Positions 10,801-20,173 are shown, counted from the first letter of the stretch. The stretch is 64,000 bases of DNA from a virus (IMGVR_UViG_3300028840_000761:772-64771), one strand, 5' to 3'. A program made the numbers and translations. Notes: generated by a model from the sequence alone, not told the origin.

Positions 10801-13800
10801 CTTACAAGAAACTTCAGGCCGACGCCCGTAAGCAGGAGCAGGCAACCGGTGAGGTTGTTCAGCTCCCGCGCTCGTTCGAGGTCGAAGAGAAGCTGACGGT
10901 CGATGACCTGATGACTCCCAAGCAGAAGAAGGAAGCTGCTGCCGTAGCGAAGCGAGAGGCTGCTGCCGCCAAGCGGGCCGCACGACAGGCCGAACAGGCC
11001 GAACAGGCACCAGCCCAAGAGACGACTCAGTCTCCGAAGGAGAAGCTGTTCGCCGCAGCTGCCGCTCTAGGTATCCCCACGACCCGCACTAACCGGAACG
11101 GAAACGAAGTCGATCTCCAGATGGGGCAGGTCAAGGATGAGATCGCCAAGCGGGCCAAGAAGGAAGGGCTTGACCTCAAAACTACCCGTGGCCGAGATAA
11201 GAAGCCTCTGGAGCTGGCCGAGGAACTGGCTGCTGCACCGGCCCAACCTGCTGTGGAGGAAGCACCGGCTGCTGAGCCTGTCGCTCCGACCGCCGAAGAG
11301 ACTGCACCGGCTGCTGAGGAAGCACCGGCTGCTGAGGAAGCACCGGCTGAGGAAGCACCGGCTGCGCCTGAGACCCCGGCCCCTGCGGCAACGACCCAGA
11401 CCACTGGCCGGAGACGGATCGTCGAGACAGGCGGCCCGACACAGGAACAGATCGCACAGATCGCCGCACTGAACGCTCAGTTGGCTGAGCCTCTGCCTGC
11501 GGATCAGGCACTGCGTGGTCTGAAGACCGAAGCAGATGCCACCAAGCAGATCGAGATGCTCACCAAGATGGTAGCAGATGAGCAGACCGAGCAGGCTGCG
11601 CCTGAGACTCCTGCACCTGAGACTCCTGCGCCTGAGACCCCGGCTGCTGGCACGACTGTCCCGACAGGGGCACGGCCAAGATCAGCCCAGCAACAGGCCG
11701 CTGACAACGTCAAGACCCTGCGAGATGCGACAACCCCGAATGACAAGGGTGTCGTGGACTTGGGTATCGAGACCGATGCTCCACTCCAGCCGGTTACTGG
11801 CGCGACTTGGTTTGGTGTGCGTATCGGCGATCCGATGACAGAGGATGCCAAGAACATCGGGATGAAGATCGTCCGTGACCCGAACACCAAGCAGCCCCTG
11901 AAGCTCGGTGATGTGACCACGGAACAGCTGACCAAGATCATCAAGGAACTCAACTCCACGGTTGGCGAGGGTGCTACGATCTACCTCGATACCAAGCAGA
12001 ACCATGTGCGAGTGATCTTCCCGAAAGGGGCGGCCCAAGCACTGGAAGCCAGCGATATTCAGTTCTCTGAAACGACCAACGCAACACCTGCCGATGTGGA
12101 GAGTGCTGTCAACGAAGCGGCCCCGGCTGAAGGCCAGCGTCTGACCGATCTGGAAACCCGGCTCGCTAACGACTGGACAAAGAGGGGTGAGGGCTACGCT
12201 GCTGACAACATCGAGGTGACCGAGGCGACCACCGAGGACTATGAGCTGAACAAGATCGCTCGTATGGTGGAAGAAGACACCGGTGTCCCGGTCAGGTTCG
12301 TCAACCTCAACGGCACCTTCACTACCCCGACCGGCGAGACAGCGACCAAGTATGGCTGGCTCGATCGGACAGAGAACATCATCTATGTCAACCTGAACAG
12401 CGGCGGGCCGCACATGTTCACCACTGCCCATGAAGTCGGGCACGTTCTGGACAACGCGGGTGCGCTGGAAGAGTGGCGCGGCATCCTGAGTGAGGTGACC
12501 GGCGAGAACGTCGATACCGAGACCGCCATGGATGTGTTCGCTGAGCAGGCCAACGGGCCGCAGTTCTGGGATCAGGTGGCTGCCGAGTCCAAACGCCGTG
12601 GCGTCCTTGAAAAAATCTTCGACGCGATCATCAACAAGCTGGACGACATCATCGCCCGAACTGATCCGGACGTGGCCCTCGCACGAGACTTCGCCCGAAT
12701 GAGGAAGTCTGCGATCAAGTCGTATATCCGATACAAACGTGGCCCCGGAGGGCCACAGGGAAATTTTCTTGAAGGGGGCATCGACTCCTCCGAGTCGATA
12801 GCCCCCCAAACCCCGGAGTTTGAAGCGTGGTTTGGGGATAGCAAGATAGTCAATCCGGATGGGTCGCCGAGGGTGGCATACCACATGACGGATGTGAGCT
12901 TCGACGAGTTCCGACCCGGCGTGGCCGACGCTATCTTTGTGTCCTTCGACCCCGAGTTTGCCAGCGACTGGATGCCGACCGGAGCAGCAGCTGCCGAGTT
13001 TGATTCTGTGCTTGGCGAGATGACGACTTTCAGCCCCGGAACCACGGTCGAGGGAGCGAACATCATTCCTCTCTACGTCAAGGCCGTGAACCCGTTCGAC
13101 TTCCAGAACCGTGCACACATCGACATGGTCATAGACCAACTGACCCAACAAGGTGCGGCCATCAGCCCAGCATTAATGAGCACGTTGCGGGGAGGCAGCT
13201 GGACAACCATCGAGCGTGCGCCTGTGCAGAAGGCGATCAAGGCCGCAGGGTTCGATGCCTTCTACGTGGAAGAGTACGGCACCAAGAACCTCGCCGTCTA
13301 CAGCCCTAACCAAGTCAAGTCCTCGCTCAGTAATGTCGGGACGTTCAGCCCGGAAGACAACCGGTTTCAGTTCTCTGAATCTCCGGGCCGTCAGGCGCTG
13401 ACTCCGAGCGTCTCTGTCACCAAGCGCACCTTGGCCGATGGCAGGAACGTGGCAACCTACGAGACCACGGATACCGAGGAAGCCTCGATCACGGCTATCC
13501 AGAGAGACCTGCTTCGTTCCGATGTGGAAGAGGTCGCCCTGATGTATACCACTGGTGTGGACAACTCGCTTGCCCCTGTCCGATACATGGCATCGAGGGA
13601 CGAGGTTCTGTATGGCGACATCCTTGACCGTCTGCGTCAGGCTGTAGCCAAGGGCAAGACCGATCGGAACTTCGACTATTCCCTGTCGACCATGTTCGAG
13701 AAGCAGCTTGCACGGCAGCAGGCCAAGCCCAAGCCGACTGCGCAGGAGATCGAGAAGGAGCGGGCCGCAGCTCTGCGTGTCGAAAACCAGCTGTTCGAGA

Positions 13801-16800
13801 CCAACACCGGTATCTATGGCCGGGATAACAGGTATACCGAGGATCAGAAGGCAGAGATTCACGCCAAGGCTCTGTATGACATCCATGCCAAGTTCGACCG
13901 GATGCGTAAGGAGGAGCAGGGGCAGCAGGAGTTTGACTTCTCAACGAACATCCTGAGTGACCTCGTCAACGCCTCGTGGGATCGTGGCAAGAAGATCATC
14001 CAAGATAACATGGCGGCTGTCAGAGCAAACCCCGGCGTCTACCGTGACCAGAACGCACCGGCTTGGCTGGAGTTTATGCCGATCCCTGAGATCGTGTCGT
14101 GGATGAAGACCAAGATTCCCAAGCTGGAGGCATGGTACGAGAACCAACAGAACTTCGCCGGTCTGCGCAACGGTGTCCTTGATACCTTTGCTCTGGCAAC
14201 CAAGGCTTTGCGGAACAACCCGACCAGAACCAAGGCGTTCAATGATGCCACTGGTATTGCGACGTGGTTGCAGAACGACCCGCGCCTGTCGCTTGAGCAG
14301 CAGGAATGGGTCACTGACTTCGGATCATTGGCCGAAGCCGAGCGGGTGTGGGAGAAGCAGAAGATGAAAGCCCGCACAGGCATGACGTTCGCGGAGGGCC
14401 ACAAGAAATCCAAGGCGACGTATGCCAAGCTGGATGCCGAGGGCCGCAAGGCATTTGATGACGTAGCTAACAGGCTGAAGGAGATACGTGAGAAGGAACG
14501 TGCCGCACTGATCGAGAAGATTTACGAGGTCACTGACGGAGACACACCGACCCGGCAGCGGATGCTGAAGGAAGCCCGCACCATGTTCAAGAACATCCGG
14601 GGCGTTTACTTCCCGCTCGCACGTTTCGGTGGTTACCGCCTCATCGCAACAGACACCTCGATCCCCGGCGACGAGGGAACCGGAGCCATGGTCATCGAGT
14701 CGTTCCGTAGTCTGGCCAAGCGTGATGCCCGTGAAGCAGAGATGAGGGCTGACCCACGGTACACGAATATCCAGCGCAGCTACGCCACCACAGACCCGAG
14801 CCTGAACACCATAGCCAACGACTTCATGAAGCGCCTGAAGCTGGACGGCAACCAGATGGAAGAGGCGTTCTACAAGAAGGAAATGCGTCGGCTGAACAAG
14901 CTCGGCAAGGGTAATACGCAGGACACCAGAGACGATGCCCGCAGGTACGCCAAGCGGCAGGTCGAGGAGGCGATCAACATCCTCGCCGGTATCTGGATGG
15001 ACTCCATGCCTGATGCGTCTGCGGCCAAGAACTCTGTCCGCCGTGAGAACTACCTTGGTTGGGATCAGGACATGGTGCAGTCAGTCAACGACTACGCTGT
15101 CCGCCATGCCGGTAACCTCGCCAGCCTGAAGTTCGGGCACAAGCTGGACTACGGTCTGATCGAGATGGACAAGGCGATCCGCGACAAGGCCAAGAAGGGG
15201 GAGAAGGTTGACTTGGAGATGAACGTCATCGCTCACCTCAAGAACCACCTTCAGGTCACCCGGAATACTCCGGTCGTTCCGTCTCTGGTTGCCGGGGCCA
15301 GCCGCCTTGCAACTCTGCGATACATGACCTCGCCGTCTCAGCTCCTCGTGCAGCTCAGCCAGCTGGGGATCATGGCAGTCCCGAAGATGGCCAGCTCCTT
15401 TGGTATGGGCAACACCCTGTCCGCCGTGAACAAGGCATTCCGGATGGGTGCCGACCCACGGCTGCGCCTGAACAATATCGTGGACGACAAGAAATCTATC
15501 GACCTTTACAACCGCATCTACGCCACGGCTACCGAGGCGGATGTCGAGGCAGGTCGTGCGAAGAATGTCGGCGACCCGGTCATGTCGCACTCCGAAGTCA
15601 ACAAGCTGGTGGCTGGCCTGAGCGAACCAGACCGTAATGCACTGCTGATCTACACCGCACTGCAACGAAACATGGTCGGTACTACCTATGCCAACGAGAC
15701 GCTGGAGCTGTCCAAGGGTAAGGGCCAGTCAGACATCCTGCCGATCGCCTTGTGGTTCATGCGCAAGGGTGAAGAGATGTCCCGTGTCACCGCAGCTCTC
15801 GCAGGTTTCGATCTGGCTTACGGAAAGACCAAGAGCTGGAATGATGCACTGACCTACACCCAGCATGAGATCAACACCGGCACGATGATTGACTTCAGCA
15901 AAGAGTCCAAGCCGACGTTCTTCCTGAAACACGCCAGTGCTCGTGCCGCCACCCAGTTCCGGTACTTCCCGATCAGCATGATTCTGCGCCTGATCCGTCT
16001 CGCCTCTGAGGGTCTTGCCGGTGCGACACCAGAGATTAAAGCTGGTGCACGGCGGGAGATCGTCTACATGATGGGCACCTCTGGGATACTGGCCGGTGCT
16101 CTGGGTATGCCTGCTGCCGGTCTGATCTTCAACGCAATCGACTTGGCCATGGGGCTGTTCGGTGATGATGAAGAGGATGAGTTCTTCGACAGCCGCAAAG
16201 AGTTCCGCAACATCCTTGAGGATATGGGGTCGCCTGACTTCGTGACCCAAGCGATGATGACCGGCGTTCTTGGGGCCGTCGGTGGTGACGTATCGAGACG
16301 TATCGGTATCTCCGACGCCCTCGGGACTGAGCCGGGATTCACTCCGGCCCATCTGGAAGGTGCAGCCAAGTTTGATTACATGGCAGCTCGGTCGCTCGGC
16401 CCCGCCTACTCCACGATCAAGGACGGCTATGTAGGAGCAGGAGAGCTGTGGGATGGCAACGTCATGGATGCTCTGAAAAAGCTCACACCGAAAGCTGTCG
16501 GTGATGCGATCAAAGCCTTCCAGTATTATGAGAAGGATGGGCTGGTTACATCCAGAGGCAAGCGTCTGACCGACGAAGTCGATCCCATAAACCTGCTGTG
16601 GATGTCGATGGGGATCATGCCGTACGAGCACAGCTTCGTTATGGGTAAAGAGCGTGCCAAGACCAACATCAGCGCGAAGGTGGCAAGGCAGAAGCAACGC
16701 CTGTACGACGCCATCGCCGAGGCTTACGCAACCAACGACACGGTAGGGTTCGAGGAAGCTGTCAAGGAATACGCTGCCTTCGTCAAGAAGTACCCGAGCT

Positions 16801-16907
16801 TCGGTACTCAGCCATCGGCTCTTGCCTCTGCGATCCGTAACCGGATCAAGCTGGAGCGCGGCATCCCGACCAGACAAGACATCCTGCTAGAAAAATTCGT
16901 TGAATAA
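7869..16907 (+). CDS. Giant polyvalent internal virion protein (HExxH metallopeptidase-like, ADP-ribosyltransferase-like and PLxRFG regions)
   Basis: 3012 aa. AHEVGH at ~12430. TPEFEAWFGDSKIVNPDGSPRVAYH...YVKAVNP...GFDA...VYSPNQVKS at ~12810-13380 matches the ART-PolyVal pattern. YFPLARFG at ~14610. Confidence 0.75.
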   Translation: MARPRSIQEIPLNIEPVAPPAPAAGEGGPGVGDYLGLGLRGAFVEAPMQAASTFIGAFQGAEGAASAGGEQDVFDKFVRMADKSREEYNQDVVNRLGPGFGSEMIQSLPDLGYSAASIPIAAAGRLGGGAAGTFVGGPGVGTAAGWIGGTLAAEQALSRSQEYREAQQYLDAYEQQKGAPLTPEEAADVKEQLKANITASGKYESIPEAIGAVVETAILGRLFRGQGGLAKNFLRGAASTAAIELPGETITEIGQTQTREGTILDTGERVSFTDPGDIARAVRRVAPGVLTVGGGVATVGTAGRLALDARRDEIRRQGLGMTKEQLKGIKKQQFRENARKVLDARKSDPSLRLSNDEVLSVLQGAEIADVVAARETGETPTTAKTPDQAVQEAQIQAENEDYLRRAQALGIETETVKKGRRGEPDVRTPKDPATLKAEVETAERDARAYEELKASAAALNIDARRLPKGKKATKVEVLTAEQLQDEIDVAELQAELWQRDSMEKTTADIKKKQDAGERLAPAEMAFVRNNPDAFPEAAPAQEEVLPETEEEAIAGFRQQAAPTGPLAAPGQPTGVEPGGASFRQPTEALIAEEDITSDRAALGSLFGGPLEEDGQGTPFALEQETVEEASVSGQQTREIPQITENRTEKGNLKRKGGYSVGDRSFNTRAQAEAYRQTLLAPEGEQLSFKFNQDMTDLFGPVMVTEAEMEAGFTQAPVDAVYQGIRQGLADGRINAENVQQFYEALKEIDPRYGTLLLREIEANGFQGTAPRQLTTPQPQLEGPSYRTPENTYLRSDLGQLQTVPGQGPRNLPPFPPGGQAPTNVLGRGEPVFGQGTEIATLADLAKQASHQAKRIDAIRELVQQHGQDPNIVYRMPLSRLEQELVQARRTGKVASNRIAQREFETLIAERPAVHNGIADALAEYEGVTDFYNNPQALMQVPRDNTLMRIVKTDKGYALVTRRGFDRAVTKMSQRQQQAYKKLQADARKQEQATGEVVQLPRSFEVEEKLTVDDLMTPKQKKEAAAVAKREAAAAKRAARQAEQAEQAPAQETTQSPKEKLFAAAAALGIPTTRTNRNGNEVDLQMGQVKDEIAKRAKKEGLDLKTTRGRDKKPLELAEELAAAPAQPAVEEAPAAEPVAPTAEETAPAAEEAPAAEEAPAEEAPAAPETPAPAATTQTTGRRRIVETGGPTQEQIAQIAALNAQLAEPLPADQALRGLKTEADATKQIEMLTKMVADEQTEQAAPETPAPETPAPETPAAGTTVPTGARPRSAQQQAADNVKTLRDATTPNDKGVVDLGIETDAPLQPVTGATWFGVRIGDPMTEDAKNIGMKIVRDPNTKQPLKLGDVTTEQLTKIIKELNSTVGEGATIYLDTKQNHVRVIFPKGAAQALEASDIQFSETTNATPADVESAVNEAAPAEGQRLTDLETRLANDWTKRGEGYAADNIEVTEATTEDYELNKIARMVEEDTGVPVRFVNLNGTFTTPTGETATKYGWLDRTENIIYVNLNSGGPHMFTTAHEVGHVLDNAGALEEWRGILSEVTGENVDTETAMDVFAEQANGPQFWDQVAAESKRRGVLEKIFDAIINKLDDIIARTDPDVALARDFARMRKSAIKSYIRYKRGPGGPQGNFLEGGIDSSESIAPQTPEFEAWFGDSKIVNPDGSPRVAYHMTDVSFDEFRPGVADAIFVSFDPEFASDWMPTGAAAAEFDSVLGEMTTFSPGTTVEGANIIPLYVKAVNPFDFQNRAHIDMVIDQLTQQGAAISPALMSTLRGGSWTTIERAPVQKAIKAAGFDAFYVEEYGTKNLAVYSPNQVKSSLSNVGTFSPEDNRFQFSESPGRQALTPSVSVTKRTLADGRNVATYETTDTEEASITAIQRDLLRSDVEEVALMYTTGVDNSLAPVRYMASRDEVLYGDILDRLRQAVAKGKTDRNFDYSLSTMFEKQLARQQAKPKPTAQEIEKERAAALRVENQLFETNTGIYGRDNRYTEDQKAEIHAKALYDIHAKFDRMRKEEQGQQEFDFSTNILSDLVNASWDRGKKIIQDNMAAVRANPGVYRDQNAPAWLEFMPIPEIVSWMKTKIPKLEAWYENQQNFAGLRNGVLDTFALATKALRNNPTRTKAFNDATGIATWLQNDPRLSLEQQEWVTDFGSLAEAERVWEKQKMKARTGMTFAEGHKKSKATYAKLDAEGRKAFDDVANRLKEIREKERAALIEKIYEVTDGDTPTRQRMLKEARTMFKNIRGVYFPLARFGGYRLIATDTSIPGDEGTGAMVIESFRSLAKRDAREAEMRADPRYTNIQRSYATTDPSLNTIANDFMKRLKLDGNQMEEAFYKKEMRRLNKLGKGNTQDTRDDARRYAKRQVEEAINILAGIWMDSMPDASAAKNSVRRENYLGWDQDMVQSVNDYAVRHAGNLASLKFGHKLDYGLIEMDKAIRDKAKKGEKVDLEMNVIAHLKNHLQVTRNTPVVPSLVAGASRLATLRYMTSPSQLLVQLSQLGIMAVPKMASSFGMGNTLSAVNKAFRMGADPRLRLNNIVDDKKSIDLYNRIYATATEADVEAGRAKNVGDPVMSHSEVNKLVAGLSEPDRNALLIYTALQRNMVGTTYANETLELSKGKGQSDILPIALWFMRKGEEMSRVTAALAGFDLAYGKTKSWNDALTYTQHEINTGTMIDFSKESKPTFFLKHASARAATQFRYFPISMILRLIRLASEGLAGATPEIKAGARREIVYMMGTSGILAGALGMPAAGLIFNAIDLAMGLFGDDEEDEFFDSRKEFRNILEDMGSPDFVTQAMMTGVLGAVGGDVSRRIGISDALGTEPGFTPAHLEGAAKFDYMAARSLGPAYSTIKDGYVGAGELWDGNVMDALKKLTPKAVGDAIKAFQYYEKDGLVTSRGKRLTDEVDPINLLWMSMGIMPYEHSFVMGKERAKTNISAKVARQKQRLYDAIAEAYATNDTVGFEEAVKEYAAFVKKYPSFGTQPSALASAIRNRIKLERGIPTRQDILLEKFVE
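11255..11385 (+). repeat. Tandem coding repeats (EEAPAA)n in the giant protein linker
   Basis: Repeated gaggaagcaccggct(gct) units. A second APETP x3 repeat lies at ~11597-11645. Confidence 0.85.
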
Positions 16908-16936
16908 AAAACGGGCAGCCCGGGGAGGGCTGCCCA
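16905..16936 (-). terminator. Intrinsic terminator between the convergent arms
   Basis: GGGCAGCCC-GGGGA-GGGCTGCCC hairpin (16913-16935). The A6 at 16906-11 gives a U-tract on the - strand. Confidence 0.8.
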
Positions 16937-16970
16937 ATACGAAGGGGATAGACGTGTGTGTCTGTGTGTA
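16905..16970 (-). ncRNA. Candidate ~65-nt small RNA
   Basis: Lies between the promoter at 16976-17004 and the terminator at 16905-16936 with no ORF on that strand. Carries an unstructured CA-rich leader and GUCUAUCCCCUUCG. Confidence 0.45.
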
Positions 16971-16975
16971 GTTGT

Positions 16976-17004
16976 ATACTACTGGACAATCTTTAGTGTG
17001 TCAA
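16976..17004 (-). promoter_or_regulatory. Sigma70-like promoter overlapping the primase 3' end
   Basis: TTGACA(17004-16999)-17 nt-TAGTAT(16981-16976). Confidence 0.6.
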
Positions 17005-19782
17005 CCCTGCATCTTTCACGTCGAGTTCTTCCACCAGTGCCAGCTTGGCCACTCTCTTCGCGTCATCTTCCACGATACGGGCGGCAACATTACCGAGAGC
17101 AGGGCAGTCCATATCCAATACCCAGCAGTTGACCTGTGCGCTGGCAAGAGACGTCCCGGCCCCGAGCGTTCTGCGCTTCTCTGTTGAGACCAGCGCCTTG
17201 ATCTTGAATAGGTCGTTCTTGATGGTGGAGTAGGAGCCGTACTTCTTCTCTGCCCACTCCTTAACTCGATTGCGGTTGATCCAGACCAGTGGGCTTTCGA
17301 CGTCACGGCGTACGAACAGCGGGCCTTTAGGTTCACTGATCACAGTGCCGCGCCTGACGACCAAGGTGTTGTTAATGTGCTCGTCAAGGAACTGGCCAAT
17401 AATCGAGACGCAGTCCATCCGGTTGACGACCTTCTCGCCGCGCATCTCCTTGATCTGGTCAACGGCCCAGCCCATCAGTGGCTTGACTTTGAAATCGATC
17501 AGGCCAAGACGTTGAGCGATCAGACCACCATAGATCGTACAGCCAGCAACAGCTGACCAGAACCGTTCCTCGGATGCGGCCCCTGTCTCCTTGTCAATCA
17601 TCTTGACGATCTTGTCGATTTGTTCTGTGTGGTTGGCGACATTGGCCACGAGATACCGGATGTATTCCTGACCGGCCATGCCGTAATTGCGACTGATTGT
17701 GCGGTAGATTCTGGTAGCTGTTTCTCGGTCAAGGGCAGGGTTCGAGTCGACACGGAACTCAAAGACTCGGTTCATCTCTGCGCCCGCATCCATCTTGTGG
17801 CCGGACAAGCGATCAATCAGGGAACTGTTTGAGCTGACGAGAGCCAGCGTATTCCATTGGTTGATGCCTGACTTCTCGACCGCATTGGAGTTCTGGCGCA
17901 CACGGTCACGGCCTTGTGTAATCCGATAGGCCAGCTCAGATAGGGCGTCGCCATCGATGTTGGTCACCTCGTCGATATACAGAGGCAAGGTATTATAGAC
18001 GCCCAGCCTGCCGATCAGTGCGTTCTTCGTATCATCCTTGTGCATAATGAGAGTGTCGGGTTCTCCGTACAGGCTCAGTGCCCAGCGTCCGACCAATGTC
18101 TTGCCGACACCAGAGGGGCCAAGCATCGACACGATAGCCCCGGCATACCCAGTGAACCGCATCAACGGCGCACCAAAGGCAGCGGCCAGAAAGGCAAAGG
18201 CCAGTGGCTCCATGCCCTCTTTGCCCAGCACCGTGGTCGTGTCCAGCCACTGGGGTAGCTCCCCCTTGGCATGGAACGCCTTGGCTGACTCCGGTATGTT
18301 CTGAGCCAGAGCGACCGGCTCTGCTGTGCCGTCAGGCAGGAACGCCTTCGTTCCCAGCACGAACTGCAACTCGCCTCGATCATTCTCACTCCACCCCATC
18401 TGGCATAGGAGCTGTTTGATCTTACGTTCCCGCTTCAGTTTATCGGCATAGCTCTCAACATAAGCCGTCATAAGTTTCTTCTCCTTGGCACCGACGACTG
18501 TGATGTGCTTGTCAAACAAGGCTTTCATCGCTGACCTGACATCAGTCAGGTCTGAGGTACGGATCGTACAGTCCATCCACCCTTCCTGTGGGAGGTGGTG
18601 TCGTATGGCTACGACCTCATATCCGAGGCTCTGGTCAAAGGCGACTGAGTCCACGTATAAATCATTTCGATAGAAGCATGTGTTGACATCGTCGATCGGG
18701 GCATACAGCCCGTCCTCCGCACGGATAAACGGTTTCGGCGGCTCGATACCAGCCGCATGTTCGATTGCCTGCACGATCCTGCCGAGCAGGATAGGCGACT
18801 TCACCTTGTTCTTGTAGGAGCAACCGAGGCACCCCTTCGGGTTCAGTTGGCCGAAGTGTTCGCAGGTTGTCGGCGGCATCTGGTGCTGCTCGATCTTGGC
18901 TGTCGTCTCTTCGATGCTGTAGTTGGGATGACCGCATGACCACTCGTGGATGATGTCCGGTGCCTGCACGGTATGCCGCAGGACGCCGATACAGGCGTAC
19001 CACAGTGGCTCCTCGATGTCGCCCTGCGTCTTGCGCATGATGTCGATCTGCTGGCATTTGTCAGCGATCAGGGTGGCATCGGAGTTGGGGGTGTCGTCGT
19101 AGATTTGAAACTCGGCGTTGATGTCGCCACCCTTGCGCTTCGGCGGGGCGGTGAGATCGGCCTTCAGGTTCTTGGCCTTCGCTGCCTTCTCGATGATCGT
19201 GCAGAAATCCTCGAACGAGATCGGCTCCATCGGTTTTGTCAGGAGCCTGACCAGCTTGGGGTTCGCCGGGTCTTTGCGGTTGTGAGTGCCAATGGGGCGG
19301 AGCACAGATGACAGGTCAGAGGTACGGGATTGGTCGACCTCGAACTCACAGGCGACAATCAGTTCCTTGAACAGTCGGGCGGCCCCCTTCCATTGGCTGG
19401 CTGTTACATCCTCGGTCAGGCACCAGTGGGCATACAGGCCGTTGCCTGAGTTGACCACCTCTGGTATCGGCAAGCCCACCTCTTCACAAAACTTCTTCAG
19501 CGCAGCTGCACCATCAGCCTGAGTCGCAAAGGGCTTGGTCGGGCCACAGTCTATGTCCAGCCAGAACGACCGCATCGCCTGCACGTTCTCATGCTTGCGA
19601 TTGTCTGGTGTAGTATAGGTGGCCTGTGCGATGTAAACCGTGTCGCCCTTCGCGTCCTTCTTTGCGATGAACTCCTCGGCATCTTCCAAGTCCAAGTAGA
19701 ATTTTTGTTTCGGGGCTTTGTCCGGGTGCCAGAAAATACACACACATTTGTACCCCTTGGCGGGGAGTATTCTCTCTAACAC
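16993..19782 (-). CDS. Primase-helicase (AEP/RepB-like primase plus DUF927-like P-loop domain)
   Basis: Primase motifs WLDIDCG, VNSGNGLYAHW and VLRPIGTHNRK; a Cys cluster (CEHF..CLGC); Walker A GPSGVGKT and Walker B LYIDE. Start moved to GTG 19782 after AAGGAG. Confidence 0.85.
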   Translation of the reverse strand: MLERILPAKGYKCVCIFWHPDKAPKQKFYLDLEDAEEFIAKKDAKGDTVYIAQATYTTPDNRKHENVQAMRSFWLDIDCGPTKPFATQADGAAALKKFCEEVGLPIPEVVNSGNGLYAHWCLTEDVTASQWKGAARLFKELIVACEFEVDQSRTSDLSSVLRPIGTHNRKDPANPKLVRLLTKPMEPISFEDFCTIIEKAAKAKNLKADLTAPPKRKGGDINAEFQIYDDTPNSDATLIADKCQQIDIMRKTQGDIEEPLWYACIGVLRHTVQAPDIIHEWSCGHPNYSIEETTAKIEQHQMPPTTCEHFGQLNPKGCLGCSYKNKVKSPILLGRIVQAIEHAAGIEPPKPFIRAEDGLYAPIDDVNTCFYRNDLYVDSVAFDQSLGYEVVAIRHHLPQEGWMDCTIRTSDLTDVRSAMKALFDKHITVVGAKEKKLMTAYVESYADKLKRERKIKQLLCQMGWSENDRGELQFVLGTKAFLPDGTAEPVALAQNIPESAKAFHAKGELPQWLDTTTVLGKEGMEPLAFAFLAAAFGAPLMRFTGYAGAIVSMLGPSGVGKTLVGRWALSLYGEPDTLIMHKDDTKNALIGRLGVYNTLPLYIDEVTNIDGDALSELAYRITQGRDRVRQNSNAVEKSGINQWNTLALVSSNSSLIDRLSGHKMDAGAEMNRVFEFRVDSNPALDRETATRIYRTISRNYGMAGQEYIRYLVANVANHTEQIDKIVKMIDKETGAASEERFWSAVAGCTIYGGLIAQRLGLIDFKVKPLMGWAVDQIKEMRGEKVVNRMDCVSIIGQFLDEHINNTLVVRRGTVISEPKGPLFVRRDVESPLVWINRNRVKEWAEKKYGSYSTIKNDLFKIKALVSTEKRRTLGAGTSLASAQVNCWVLDMDCPALGNVAARIVEDDAKRVAKLALVEELDVKDAGLTH

Positions 19783-19843
19783 AGACGTCTCCTTATATAA
19801 AAACAGGGGGAAGGTTTCATTATGCAACGAAACACGGGGCGCG

Positions 19844-20128
19844 TCAACGCCCCGCTTTGACTTCCGATAGGATTTTCTGGATCGAGGTGAGGCGCATTCG
19901 CCTCGGAACATCCTCGGTCAGTGGTAACCGCCCTTTCTCCACGGCCATCTCAATGACCTTGCATCGGGCGATCGATAGCCGGTACCGCAACATGTCGCTG
20001 ATGGTCTCGCCACGTTTCCAACAGTAGAAGGTAGCCCTTCCAATGGGGAGTAGCATGATCATCTCGGACGCGGTCAGTCCGGCCTTCTCCATAACTTCTA
20101 GTATATAATCAAATGACGGTAGGTTCAT
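19844..20128 (-). CDS. HTH DNA-binding protein (Cro/XRE-like)
   Basis: AGLTASEMIMLLPIGRATFYCWKRG helix-turn-helix pattern. Confidence 0.6.
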   Translation of the reverse strand: MNLPSFDYILEVMEKAGLTASEMIMLLPIGRATFYCWKRGETISDMLRYRLSIARCKVIEMAVEKGRLPLTEDVPRRMRLTSIQKILSEVKAGR

Positions 20129-20173
20129 GGCTCTACTCGTTTGAAGTGAGGGGGGCCGAAGCCCCCCTGCTGG

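Noticed and set aside
6645-16877. Long antisense ORFs (6645-7892, 7971-9581, 11682-13151, 15729-16877; also 20234-21544, 32934-34211, 59215-60435, 62365-63420)
   Set aside because: These are shadow frames opposite well-supported genes, expected from GC-rich codon bias. They show no recognisable motifs.
7869-16907. The giant protein as an N4-type virion RNA polymerase reading hairpin promoters
   Set aside because: I could not identify polymerase catalytic motifs. The recognisable motifs are peptidase-like, ART-like and PLxRFG, and the early genes have consensus sigma70 promoters.
20150-20167. GC hairpins at 20150-67, 44098-119 and 63711-35 as terminators
   Set aside because: The stems are clear but lack U-tracts, so they are more likely stability or processing hairpins.
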